DNA of 64,000 nt from Psilocybe cubensis (taxonomy: Eukaryota), in NCBI GenBank assembly GCA_017499595.2, contig CM039002.1:806001-870000 (forward strand). The letters run 5' to 3'. How positions within the stretch are numbered: position 1 is the first letter of the stretch; each line of letters begins with the position of its first letter. Position numbers and translations under genes: made by a program. Shown here one piece after another: positions 24,022 through 36,584 of the stretch. The notes under the pieces were generated by a model. That model searched no databases. It was not told the origin of the DNA and worked only from the letters and a program-made list of their open reading frames with translations.

Positions 24022-26182
24022 GTATGGTAAGTTTACGGCTGCGAAACCGAGGCACGTTTTCGCAACTTGTTCCTTCCCTTGATGGTACAAACACAACAGT
24101 CAAGCAGAAAATCGCCGTATGTACGCAGTTTTGTACATAGTTTCGGGAGAACAGTAAGCTGATACGACCTCTTGACTGACAAATTAAGGTATTCATCGTG
24201 CTTCCCGGCCCAGCGTGAACAACACCCCTCGTCTCGCTTCCCATACCCACCCTCACCTTCGTCGCAGCATCCCCATGATTCATAATATAGCACATTAAAG
24301 TCTGTACACTCAGAGACTTGAGGCACAATGACACAATCGGCAGTGAGAGGGGCGGAGGATGCGGGGCTTGGTCGTCTTCCTGAGCGACATCCCGCTGATA
24401 GAGACAACTCACCATCATCGATCAGCACCTCCCTTGGGCGTGGCAAAACAGAGAAAAAGATGTCTCCAGCATTATCGTAGTTATTAATTAAGCATACTCA
24501 TAGCTACATACACATAAAATTTTGCAAGCTGCTTGTCTTGAGGTCTCGTCTTTTTGAATGGTCTGCACCTCCAAGTTGCTGCTTGTCTTTGTCAATAGAA
24601 CAGTAATTATGGTCTGGGGTCAACATCATGAACGACCGCTACGGCTTTCTCACTGAAGAGCTCAGTCTGACGCAGAGGTCAGTCGTCCTCACTCTGCTTT
24701 CTAACTCCTCATTAACCTTCATATATATAAATGTAGACTTTAACGACGAAAACAAAATCCTCTTCTGACAGTTTATTATCTATGAGCAGCGTGGGGCGAG
24801 TTCCGGGAGTCATTAGAATGCTGTGATCGCATACAGGAAATCACATTGCAGCAGCCTCCGAGTTGCGCAGGTTTCAGGAGCGGCCGATGGACCGGCGGAC
24901 GTTCCTACATTGGGACCACCATCCGCCTACCTACCTGAAAAGCTGGCTTGCCAACGTTGACGTTAGGTCCCAGATCGGGCATGTTTGCGAGCTGAAGGAA
25001 AAAGGTAAGCTTTTCCTTCTAATTTTCTTCTTTTTGTATACCTCAATCTAATTCATTGTGGCGCATGTGGTTTCTATTGGAGGAGCGTATACTACCAGCC
25101 TAAATTTAACAAGAATTACAAAGGCTACCCGCAGACTGTCTACCGAGATAGACCGAAATCCCGCTTTTTGGAGTTCGATCAACCTTCTCGACTTCTCAAC
25201 CAGTTCCAGACAACTTCGGTCATACTACTCATCTTAGACGGCATCTGTGCCCTGCAGTACATCGAGGAGCAGCCGAAACCTTCATCACCCGCCGTTCATC
25301 AGACACTAGATTGCTCGTACAGCATTCCGGTCGCCTTGAATCCTAACGACGAGCAGCAAAACGCTGATTGTCCTGGGATATTATGAGCAGCAAGTGTTTA
25401 CGGGAGAGTATCGCCATTCTTAAAAACGCATCGATTCTGTGAGTGTGTTCTATCACTGTCAGTGTCATCTTTGATTTTAACATCCAAAGGCTCAGGCACT
25501 ACCGATAAGATTGTTGAGACTCGGTAATGACGCGCTCAAACGACAAAGTTTACTTTCAATGCGCGTGCACCTAATTCCCAGCCTATTGCACGGTTTCTTG
25601 GTCCTAAAAGTGCATTACTATCCACTGTAAGCGTTCAAATTCCTGGATTTAGAAGCCAATATATATATCTAGGATAGTAAAGTGGAACAATGAATTAATT
25701 AAAGCGTTCTGCTGCTCGTCCCAGCCGTTCAACACGACGACAAGCGGCTCATTGATCCGCTCGTCATCCTCCTCAACCCCCTCTACACCTGCCGCGCCGC
25801 CTTCCACCCAAATGACGAGCAGTCGGGGTGGCATGAAAACAAAGGAACGCGCATTCTGACGCGCCTAGCGTGATCGTGCAGGACGAGAATCAGGACGAGA
25901 ATTAACACGTGAAGTGGTGACAAAGCAACAATATCGGCATTACGTTCGAAGCGGGACGACACTCATGCAGGTGAAACCGCGTCTCATAGCAGGTGCAGCT
26001 GCATACCCAAGGCTGGCCGAAAAGAAATCGAACCGAGCCGCGAGACAATGTTGAGCCGGATGGGAACTTGAACAAGGAAAAAGCAAGGGGTACCTCCGGT
26101 ATAGTCCTTCAATGTGACTCTCTCCAACCATCCTCTCACTCCTTTCCGAAGTTCTGCATAGACGCCGAAGCACCGTAGCAAT

Positions 26183-29100
26183 ATGCCCCCCCCCTCTGGT
26201 AGGTAGTTCGCCTTTCGCCTTTCGAAAATACGCTAATACTGATCACCTGTGTTTGGCGTGCACACCAACGGTAGATGAAGACCACCAAACCGTGACCAAG
26301 TAGAAGAGTGGCGCCACCACCAAGTTTGACCATGGGGATGGTAATGATTCGGATGGCTCCAGTCGCGACCATTCAACACATTCTGAAGACAACGCCCAGC
26401 ATTCAACCAAACCCGACGCCTCATTGCCCTCTTTCAAAGCCATCCCAACCTCGGGCACGTTAACCTCCTTCACGAGCCCCATCGACACTGGAACCACCGC
26501 ACTCTCTACATTGGCTGCCATCGCCGACGCTGCCGACCCCACATCCCCTCCCGCTAACGAGGTAGCATCCATCAACGCCGCCGCCGTTTCGGTTTCTATC
26601 ATGGCCTGAGCGTCATCATTTGTCGAAAAACCCCCTGTCTCGTCTACTGCGTCATCGGACGTCGCTGCTGATCCGTCGCGTTCGAGATTGCATACCCCGA
26701 GGCGGACGGTAACAGCGGCGACGAATCGAAGCCACGCAAGGGCAAGGCCAGAGTTCGAGCGAATGTTAGAGTTGGCAAGGCGAAACCTCGGGGGAAGCCC
26801 TCTGCGCCAGCTGCTGCTGCGAACGAGAAGAAAGAGAACGGCGTCAAAGTTAATGGCGCCGCCTCTTCCAATCCTTCGGTCGATTCTGGAGACAACATTC
26901 CTTCGCCAACGACGAAGAAAGGCCCTCCTGTACTTCAGATTGATACTACTGTCGAGGAGCCTGCGGACGATGCGGCTGCTGCGATTGCCGATGACGACGA
27001 TATGGACGTTTCCATGGAGCATGAAGACGCCGAACCAGAGGAGGAGGAGGAAGAAGAGGAGGAGGAAGAAGAGGAGGAGGAAGAGGAAGAAGAGGAGGAG
27101 GAAGAGGAAGAAGAGGAGGAGGAAGAGGAAGAAGAGGAGGAGGAGGAAGAGGACGGTGAAGAAGAGCGTGAAGAGTCCACCCATGAAGAGGAGGAGGCAG
27201 AACCTGTTGATGGAGAAGCAGCCGACGGTGAGCAGGAGAACGAAGAGGAGGCGGTCGAAGGAGAAGGTGACGGCGAGGAGAATGAGGGTGAAGGAGACGA
27301 AGACCACGAGAACGAGCAGGACCAAGAAGATGCTGAAGCCGAACAAGACAATGAAGAGGGCGAAGAGGGCGACAATGACGAGGATCCTTCGCCTGGCGAT
27401 GTAGACGCCGATGTCGAAGATCACGATGGCAATTTGCAACCTGCTCATCGCGCGGAAGCCCTAGACGTTTTGGCCACCATTGAACTCAAATTCGCTCTAC
27501 TCAGAGAGCGAGTATATGTGGAGAAAATGGAGGGCTTAGCTTGGGAAGAACTCATGGTTCAATCTGGTAAGTTCTGTCGTCTATTGTTCACATCCGCTAG
27601 GTTTATATCATTTTATCTTGTTATAGCTATACATCCGGAAATGCTACATTTACAAAAAGAGCTTTCCCAACGAAGAGACAAGCGCCTCGAGCTCGCTTCG
27701 AGGAAGCGCTCCTACGAAGTCGCCAACGCGGAAGCTCGTCGAAAGGCGGATGAATCAGGAGTTTGGAGCTGGTGGAAGGTAAATATGGCTATCATCTAAA
27801 TTCTAATCTTACAACGTCTAATACTTGATTTTCTAACACCAACAGGTTGCCAGAGATGATCTTCAGACCGAAATGATCGCTGAAATGAGCAGAAAGCGAC
27901 GCCGAATGGAAAGGGATAGACGAACAGCTGAGAAACATCAACCGCGTACGCATCGATTTACGTTTATTTTCAATTTTCATACTAATTGGAGTCTGTTTAG
28001 CACGGCGCATTCCAGTGCAGCAATACATCGCTGTTCCACCTCCATTGCCTAATATGCGCAAAATCGTCAAATCTTATCCGTTCGGAAGTCGAAAACATAA
28101 TAAAGCTGATGCGCATCACCATCACCACGCCCACCACCCTAAAAATCTGGTGTATCCTGAAATATCCACCCTTTCTGCAACAGACATTGCCAACGACCTG
28201 GAATTCTTGTTCCAGAATAGCAAAGCGTCCGCCGCGTACGACGTTCAGCAATCTCTTCATTCGCATCATCATCATCCCCAACAAACCTATTCATCATCTT
28301 TCGGACCTCTCCCACCACGAAACGGAATCAGTGGCATGGGTGTGGGCATGGGCAGATCATCCAGTATGGGTATCACGTCCAATGGTCCACCTCTATCTTC
28401 TCATATGCCTCCGCCATCATCAATGGGGCCTCCTCATTCCAATTCAATGATGCAGCCGCATCAGCACGGTATGGGGTATGATCAGTACGGTGATATCCCA
28501 CCATCCTTCGGTCCCGGAGGGCCACCACCACCACAGGGTAGAATGCGCGATCAAATGAACAGTAATTCATATCCCCCACAGGGACCTGGAGGCATGATGC
28601 CGGTTGGACCTTCGTCGAACAACTCGAGGGACCTCAACTCGTACTCGAATTTCCCAGGCGCAGGCGGACGCTCGCAGTCGCATTCTCATGGGCCGCCAAT
28701 GCCTATGTCGGGTGGAGGACATGGCAACGGTAACGGATACCCTGGAGATCATGAAATGAGTAGTATTGGTCCTGGTGGACAAGGCAATTCTACAGGAGTT
28801 GGGCACCAGATACATCCGTACCATCCGTACTTCGGTCAAAACAGCATGGGCCCTGGGCCAGGTAACCAACACTCCCAGCAGCAACAGCAACAATCTCATC
28901 AACCACCTCCACCGCATATGTCAAGCCATCACAGTGAAAATGTGAAGAGTGGGATGAACGGCCGTAGGTCAGTGTCTCCTGGTCCGATGATGTCGAATGG
29001 TGCTCGGAGTGGCCATGGACCCGGTGCCAAGTCGAACGGCAATTGGATGGGAGCAGGCATGGGTATGCCCTCATATAACCTATGTGGGGGTGGGGGTGGC

Positions 29101-30783
29101 AAGGGAGATTGGGACCCAAGGCTATTGCAAGAAGAGGAAGAAAGAGAGCGGATGGCTCGAGATAGGGACCTTCGGGAGAGAAAGAGAGACGCGAACGCGA
29201 ACGCGACAATATGGAGTGCGAGAGGATTCGAAGAGACCGAGAATTCCAGAAGATGGACCGGGAGCAAGAGAAGACGCGAGCATCACATGCAGCAGCAACA
29301 TCGTTCTGCCCTGCCAGGTTCGTCGCACCCAAGCCTTTCACATTTGCATGCTGGTTTCACAGGTGGACCGCCCCCGCCCCGTCCGCCCCAAAGATCTGGC
29401 ATCATACCCTTCATCACCACCATCGAATCCACCATCACCACGTCGTTCATCACCATCACGGGCAAGCGTCGCAGCACGCGTCGTCCTCACTGCCGCCTTC
29501 TAGGGGTCCACCTGCCTTCATACACAGTCCGAGGTCGACTCGAGATTACGAGAGCTCGCGGCCTCCATTGCTGCATGCCAGCTCAGGACCCAGCCATTCT
29601 CATTCAACGGAAATATGGAAAGGGAGTCTGGTCATTGGTCATCCAAAAATACAGAAGACCGTCATCGCTCTCATCTTGACTTCAGAGACAGAGATCGGGA
29701 CCCAAGGGACAGAAACAGAGACAGAGAGCGGGAAAGGGATCGAGAAAGAGAGAGGGAAAGGGACAGGGATTCCAGGAAAATTCTTCCTTCAAGACACTCC
29801 TCTGGCCCTCCTATACACCCTCTCGACGACCGAGGCGATCGACCCATGGCTATGCCCTTCGTCATGGCGTCCTGTCAGGCTATGCAACAAACCTCTGCAG
29901 GCTCGTCCTCCGGCTCTCACATGAACGGCTTATATAGGATTAGGTAGTTCTACAGCTTCTCCTCGAGGCCCGCCGTCCTGGAATACACCTGCCGGACCAG
30001 AAGAACCATCGTATCGCATCCCTTCTTCTTCCTCTGCTCCTCCGCCTTCAGGCCCATATCTAGGATCTTCACCAATCCAAACGCACCGTTATGTATCTAA
30101 CAGCGGCCCACATGGTCCACCTCTATCTCGCATGCCGAGCAACAACCCCTCTTCAAGTCTGAGCAGAATGGCATCTCCTTCAATCCCTCCAATTACCAGT
30201 AGTCGCACCCGGCCACCCCCGAGTCCCTCTTACTCTACATCGATGTCAAATTCACATCGCTCCCCAGTGACCAGGTACGCTGCTGACTGTTAAATTAACT
30301 TTTTTTTAAAGGCACTAATTTCAAACAATCGCGCAGTCCCAAATCCCGGCCATTGTCGCCCCCGCCGCCCAGCGGAAGCAAACAACTTCTTTCTGGACCT
30401 TCAGGATCAGGTTACTCACCTTCACCACGCCTGAGTGGACCTGGTCGCACCTCCACGCCGATTGGACACCATCCGCCACCGTCGCCGACGTCGTCGGGGT
30501 CGCTGGCAAACATCCAATCGGAGGGGGTGATGAAAAACGGCAGTCACCATCCTCGTATCCCGTCAGCAGCCGCACGGCATCGCCTCTCATGTCGTCATTA
30601 CATGCGCCCCTGTCGGGTTCGGGCAGACCGACGTCAAATGGAATGGGCGGAAGCAATGCATTAAGTGGCGGGTCTGATCGTGATCGAATTGAGCGGGATC
30701 GGGAGCGACATGCGGTCGCTGCTTCATCGCCAAGGCTGGGATCTACAGTGGTACACCCACCACCGTCGAAGTTGAGTGCATAG
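26183..30783 (+). pseudogene. Sds3/Dep1-like (Rpd3L/Sin3 HDAC complex subunit) gene copy, disrupted, inside the transposon
   Basis: Sds3-like segment HRAEALDVLATIELKFALLRERVYVEKM...HPEMLHLQKELSQRRDKRLELA after a poly-Glu tract; introns retained. In-frame TAG at 26301 and TGA at 26607. Frame switches near 26690 and several between 29180 and 29650. Confidence 0.7.
27038..27151 (+). repeat. GAG/GAA trinucleotide tract (poly-Glu)
   Basis: About 38 consecutive Glu codons in ORF 27002..27799. Confidence 0.95.
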
Positions 30784-31650
30784 TGCAATGGTATTATTGA
30801 ATAATTGTGGACATACAGTATATCGTTTTCGTATTTTTTTTCCTATTATTTTCTCTTCGTTTTCTGTTTCTATATTTTATTGTATCATGGTATCTTACCC
30901 TTATTTTGTTTCCCTCCCCTTCTTCTTCTTCTCTCTCTCTCTGTCCTGTTTCATTTTTATCGTCTCATACCTCATCTTCTGGTAGCGCTGATCACCCTGC
31001 TGATCAGCCGTGGCCTGTGGATTCAATCGACACATGGAATTCTCAATCCGCGGAAATGTGCGTACCTTTATCATGCTTTGAACTCAGTTTTCTAATTATT
31101 GCACATACTTTGATAGTTTCGATATTGGGGCCGGCATTACGACTAGCGGAAACAACCTTGGGCAACATATCTACGCCCAAATTCAGTCAAGAGCGGTTTC
31201 TGCATCGGATCCAGCCGATATCGAAGAAGATGGTGAACTCGACTGGCTAGCCAAGTCATTCCAATCAGGTAAGGTATCAACAAATCCTTTACCATCTTTG
31301 CTTACCTTTTCTCGAACTTGCAGTGGTGCCCAATGATCACAACATGCAGGACTTGGATACCGGAGACAAGGGTCAGTAAAGATTTTCAACGAGGTCGCGG
31401 CAGCAGCAGCGAGCGAACCGTCTCCGAATCCTCGTTTTCAGCCTCTTCATATGAAGTTGGCCTTGTGCATTCTGAGCCAACAACTCCCACATCAGTAAGA
31501 ATTTCACTCATAGTCCATATTTCTGCCTTTTAACCAGAAATTTAAATAGCCTGATGCGCCGAAGGGACTGTTTCCTGCTTCTCCACACAGTACACCGCCG
31601 CAGTAGCTCTTACACTCTACGAATTCGATTATAGAACCGCCCAGACTGCC

Positions 31651-32641
31651 ATGCGCCCTGTTATCAGCCTGGACCTCGATGAACACGCCATCAGCATCCC
31701 CTCTTCCTCGACTCCAGGGTTCATTCATGCCGCCGAAGTTCGATCTAGTGGGCCGATTTCACAGTGCTCTCCCGTTATCAGCTTTACCTCCAACCGCTTT
31801 TCGACCGAAGCGCAGTACCGCTGTGTCTCGGACGTGTACATCGATGGAAACCAGGTCTACAGCATGCCTGCGCACTTGCAGCTGTGTAGTGCCAGCTCGG
31901 ACGGAATGATTGTTTACAAGATGGAACTTGGTAACGACGTCTGGGCGATTCTTACGAGGGACTCTGATGGTGCGTCTTCTTTATGCGTATCCGCGCTTGA
32001 TTACGACCTTCGGTACTTACTCTTGATTAACAGTCCATTCATCTTATACCATGACGCAGAACATCTTTACGGTGTCTACTGGAACGATTCACGACGAGAT
32101 TCCTGTGTTCTCTATCAGCTATAAGTGCGTTGAGCACGAAATGCTCCTCCGCCTTCAAGATGCCGATGAAGCGCGCCAGTACTTGCATGGCAACGTGTAC
32201 TTCAACAGGAACCCCAAAAAAGTGTACATAGGCTGCGAGTTGATTCCTGGAAAACCTGGTACCTCCTGCTTTGGGCTTCGTTTTGGGATGAACTCTTGTA
32301 GCCAGGTTATGAGGAGATGCGAGGGTAAAGTCAACGATGGGCTATTGCAGGCGGTGATAACTCTCTCCCTACAAACTAACTCGAATCGGCCACTACGAAT
32401 ATACGCGGATTCGTCGCAGTTCACTTCGCTCATGACTGTGAGTGCGGGCGGACAGAGTTCAGGGATTGGTCAGGGAAAAACGGAAAACTTCTGCGCACGG
32501 CATGCACTATTCTCCGGTGTCACTCTACAGCATATCATGCTAGGGCGTTTATATCACAATAATATGCTATTTCAAGAAACATTATATCACAATACTATGG
32601 TATTTCAAGAAACATTATCGTACAAATTGCTGATAAGATAA
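31651..32641 (+). CDS. Hypothetical protein, probably two exons; transposon cargo
   Basis: ORFs 31651..32124 and 32051..32641 can be joined by a GTGCGT...CAG intron near 31970-32033. There is a 33-bp tandem duplication at the 3' end. No recognised domain. Confidence 0.4.
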
Positions 32642-33025
32642 ACTAAGCAGTGATTTATTTACAAGTCCAAAAGTAAAAGCCAATACGAAAGCATGATGAA
32701 AGCGTAGGAGAGTAACGTGTCAAAACATGGAATAGTCGTCCAAAAAAGCGGCTTCAAAAAACAAAGGGAATGTGAAGTAAGGTATTACGTCGAAAAGGAA
32801 AGTCATTCACGATTAACGACGCGTGCACAAGGGATGGTATGACGTATTGATGTTGCATTGCAGGGACGGGCTAAGTGGCGAAGGCCCTATGCGTCGTATG
32901 GGTCCACGGGATGAGTGGTGGGCAGTAGTGAACGCGACTGGGAGCGGTGGTTTCGTCGCAAACGTGGGACCGACGTAGTAGATGGTTGTCTGTCGCTGTG
33001 GTCCTCAACGTTCGCTGGCGACTCT

Positions 33026-33337
33026 TTATATAGAGTAGTTAGCAACTGGACTAGTTGGAATATATCGGAGCAACGCACCTTCTACATGTGAACCCGCCTC
33101 TACATTCTTTCTCAATCTCCTCTCCCTCAACCTCTCGTACAAATTTTCTTTGATGTTCTCCGGCAGAACTTCCTGGCATCGGTTGTAGAGCCAGAGGCGG
33201 GCTTTCTCGATAATGGCCATAATGTCGCCGAGGAACGTCAGGACGATGCACAACATCCCACCAATGAAGATTGGGACTACCATCACGAGATTAAAGTAGT
33301 GCGTCGCTTTGTCCACAGGGATGTTCAAGTCGGGCAT
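33026..33337 (-). CDS. Small single-TM hypothetical protein, transposon cargo
   Basis: 103-aa ORF with hydrophobic segment LVMVVPIFIGGMLCIVLTFL. Confidence 0.4.
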   Translation of the reverse strand: MPDLNIPVDKATHYFNLVMVVPIFIGGMLCIVLTFLGDIMAIIEKARLWLYNRCQEVLPENIKENLYERLRERRLRKNVEAGSHVEGALLRYIPTSPVANYSI

Positions 33338-35648
33338 GATGAGTAGAATGAGAAAATTTAGGATGGTAAGAGAGGTTGAAGGAGTAGTTTTGAGGGAGGA
33401 TGTGAGGGAGGTGGAGGTTATTGGAGAAGAGGTGTGTATGTGGAAGCTGTGCAGGTGAGCAGGCTCTTAACAAACGTTGACAAACGAATCAATATACTCA
33501 GATAGAAAAGTTTTGTACACTAATCATATGGCTAGGGTAAGTTAAGTACTGTACGCGATCAGGATTTTTACTTTCGTTATACATTTCATTGACCTTTGAG
33601 GTTTTCCTTGTGCTTCGAGGGAAGGAGGGAAAGAGGCAACAAAATCGAATAGTTAATTAAGATTCGATGCAAACGTCGCTCATGGCCTCGATATCGTATA
33701 CCAGGTTTTCGCACTTACCCAACGACTTCGAGCTCTCGAGGGCCGTGTACTGCAACACATCTCTTCCATTTGCTTTACCTGTTTGAAGCGTCGTCTTACG
33801 GTTTCTCTTAGCGCCCAATTTTGTTACTTGGTTGCGTTCTTACACATGTAAAATTATCTGTATCACGCGCCCCTAAATTTGCTGATTTGAAGTGCACGTA
33901 AATATGTAGTATCAAAATCGCACTAAATATAGTTGTCTGGCTAACAGTGTGTCCAATACTCCACAAAATACTGTTTAGTTTCCCAGAAAATGTGATGTAT
34001 TGCTAAAGCACTAATAATAATAATTTCATTCACACCAAAATGTCTTCTTTCCGTCATATCAGCTATTTTTATTGGTTCTAAAACGCCAAGCGATCATGTT
34101 TCAGCTTTCAGCATGGGGAAAGGTGATTAGATCAATAATTATGAGTGTGAAATTTGTCATTGTAATTTTCAACAGCATTTTTTATTGGACAAATGGAGCA
34201 ATCGCTATTCGCTCAGTATATTTTAGTGTTCTTGGGTCCCACAGTGCTGACAGCCTGGAGTCCACGAATTATATGATGATCAGAGTTGATGGTGGCCTCT
34301 GTTTCAGTGCACAATCTGCTGTGTAGAAGGGAATTGCGGATAACATCAACTGTAGCCTGTAGGCCTCTTGTGTTTTGGTCGACACCAAGTCCGACAAGAC
34401 CGACGACCCGGATCCCTTGCCTTCCATTCAAAATTTTGAGTTGCCGTTTGACAGGGGTTATTTTGAGCATTAGGATTATGAAGAGGTACCGTGACAATTC
34501 TCAAGCTTATGTACATGGAGTGTTCGCTCACATTATTTTGTCAATCAGAATTCCCCTTTCATATCTTTGTGACTATTGAAATACTAGTAGGAGAACTCTA
34601 TGATATTGATCTTCGGACGAAAGCTATTAATTCGATGATGAATAGTTGACCCAAAGTTGACCATTGACTATAAGATGCAATTCGGAATCCGGTAGTCGTT
34701 GGCTGTCGTTGGCAATCTCGTCATATCTTAGGATGTCGCGAGAACAAAACCAGAGGAGCGTTTTTGGATTGGTCATTCAAGATCTTAAAGGGATGTACCA
34801 AACCAGACGTACCGTATTATTCCTGCCCGATTGCGAGGACCAACTGGAAACCAAGCTTTCAGCAAACAGTCAAAACTCTTTGATTCAGAGGGTCCGATGC
34901 CGAGTTATAGAGCATCAACATCGTGTATGCTGAATGGGTCATGGGTGAATTAGATGCTCGCCGCATTTGTTAAGTTGAGTTCATAAGAACAAATAACTCG
35001 TTAGAATAATGACCTTATTGGAATGGGAATGGGGAAGCTGCTACCTCGGTAGTGGCTGTCAAAAATTATTGCTATGATCAGTGCGGCAAGCAAAGTGGAT
35101 GGTTTAAATTTTAGTAGGCATCGGGATCCGCGAATCGGGGCTACGTGTTTCGACGTGGACGTGATCAACGATAGGTTAAGTAGGCAGGCATTTCTGAAGA
35201 CTCAGCGCTATTCAGAAGTTTTCCATTAACTGCAGTGTGAGTGCTGGTAGAAATTTGTTGTAATATAGAAGTCAGAGACCAGCGCTTCTCGGTCGATTCA
35301 AGGTCGGTGGTTCGTGAGAAAGTTTTAATTAACCTATTTTTCTTTTCTACTGTGATCCCCCAATCTCACCAAAGCATTACTTAGAGCTTCTAGGCCCCAG
35401 TTGATAACGGATCACTCATGATTTTCTTTACAGGGTCTTTGTCGAAAATTGACAGTCAATCAACTTAAAACGAAGGCAATACGCAAAGGCAACGTATAGG
35501 CAACGCAAAGCCTTGCTTAAGCTTTCCCTCGTGCATATCCAGAATGAATCGAAATCACCACCTCGCGAATCAATTTCCGGCGTAGCATGATATATATTCA
35601 TGAGGTAGCTTGAGCTGCCCCCTGCATCTTTCTCTCCTGTGCCCTACA

Positions 35649-36250
35649 ATGACATGTTCTCAGTGTAATGCGGACCTTCAATGCGATAAACACGCTCTCG
35701 TTTCGTTGACGGAATGGTCTCACAGCCATATCAGAGACGTATTTGAATCGACCAGCGAGAAAGAATGTATTCAAGCTATTCAAGGCACGTTTGCTAGCGA
35801 TATAACTGCATCAATCAACGGGAAGCAAGCAAATTTCGATGAGATTGTAGAGTCCGTATTAAGGATTCGAGGAGGGTCGGAACATGGATTAAAAGTGGAG
35901 TGGAGGGAGAGTGTAGAGGCTCCTCGAGATGGCAGTAACAGAGTAAGAACCTCTTTCAGCCGATTAGTTGACGAATTTCATGGAGGACTTTATAGGCGGG
36001 CACCTTCGGGGGGTCGTATGTTATTCATGGTATCCACAAAACGAGCACCAAGGACGGTAAAACACTAGATTTCCAGAGGCAGAAAATTATAGTTGTGCAG
36101 TAGGCTATTTTTTTTTTCAGTAAAACAAAGTTATTGAATTTATTTTGAAGGATTAATTCTCTTTCAGACAATGTTAGATTCGACAGTCGCAGAATAACCA
36201 ATCTCGTCTTCGTGGCTGTCGATACGCTGGTAAACAAGTATGTATTAGCT
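35649..36250 (+). CDS. Small conserved-looking hypothetical protein (3 exons)
   Basis: ORF 35610..36068 (SLTEWSHSHIRDVFES...) followed by GT-AG introns and short exons. Confidence 0.5.
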
Positions 36251-36584
36251 GCATTATTCAATTACAAGGCTGACCATGGTCTTCCGCCAATCAGCTGAAG
36301 CCTTAAAAGTATCTGGAACTAAATGGCGACAGTGTAATAATACATACCCAACACATCATAGCAGCACATTCCAATGTGATCACGTCAAACCTTGTGTCTT
36401 ATGATGAACTGGGAATTGAGCGACATGGGCGGGCCGCAATCGCCATATACTTGCTCTTACTCACCCAATGTATTGTGCTGCGCACAGCCTAAGCACCAAA
36501 CATGATCCATGATTGCTTGCTGGTATATTTAGGAGAGTCCTTGATGCTTCTTTCTTCACTCCTTGATACTCAATCGTGCTACCA

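Larger units (their letters stand above)
3888..34246. mobile_element. Giant (30,359 bp) CACTA/CMC-superfamily DNA transposon with cargo genes
   Basis: CACTGTGGGA at 3888-3897 and its reverse complement TCCCACAGTG at 34237-34246 (18 of the first 23 nt match). CTGA directly flanks both ends (3884-3887, 34247-34250). Subterminal repeats and an internal Tnp2-type transposase are present. Confidence 0.8.

Noticed and set aside
25879-25902. 12-bp tandem duplication CAGGACGAGAAT as an excision footprint
   Set aside because: Its length does not match the 4-bp TSD; replication slippage is a sufficient explanation.
26243-27448. 401-aa hydrophobic minus-strand ORF, plus the poly-Arg and poly-Ser ORFs over the same region
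   Set aside because: Shadow frames of the GAG/GAA poly-Glu tract.
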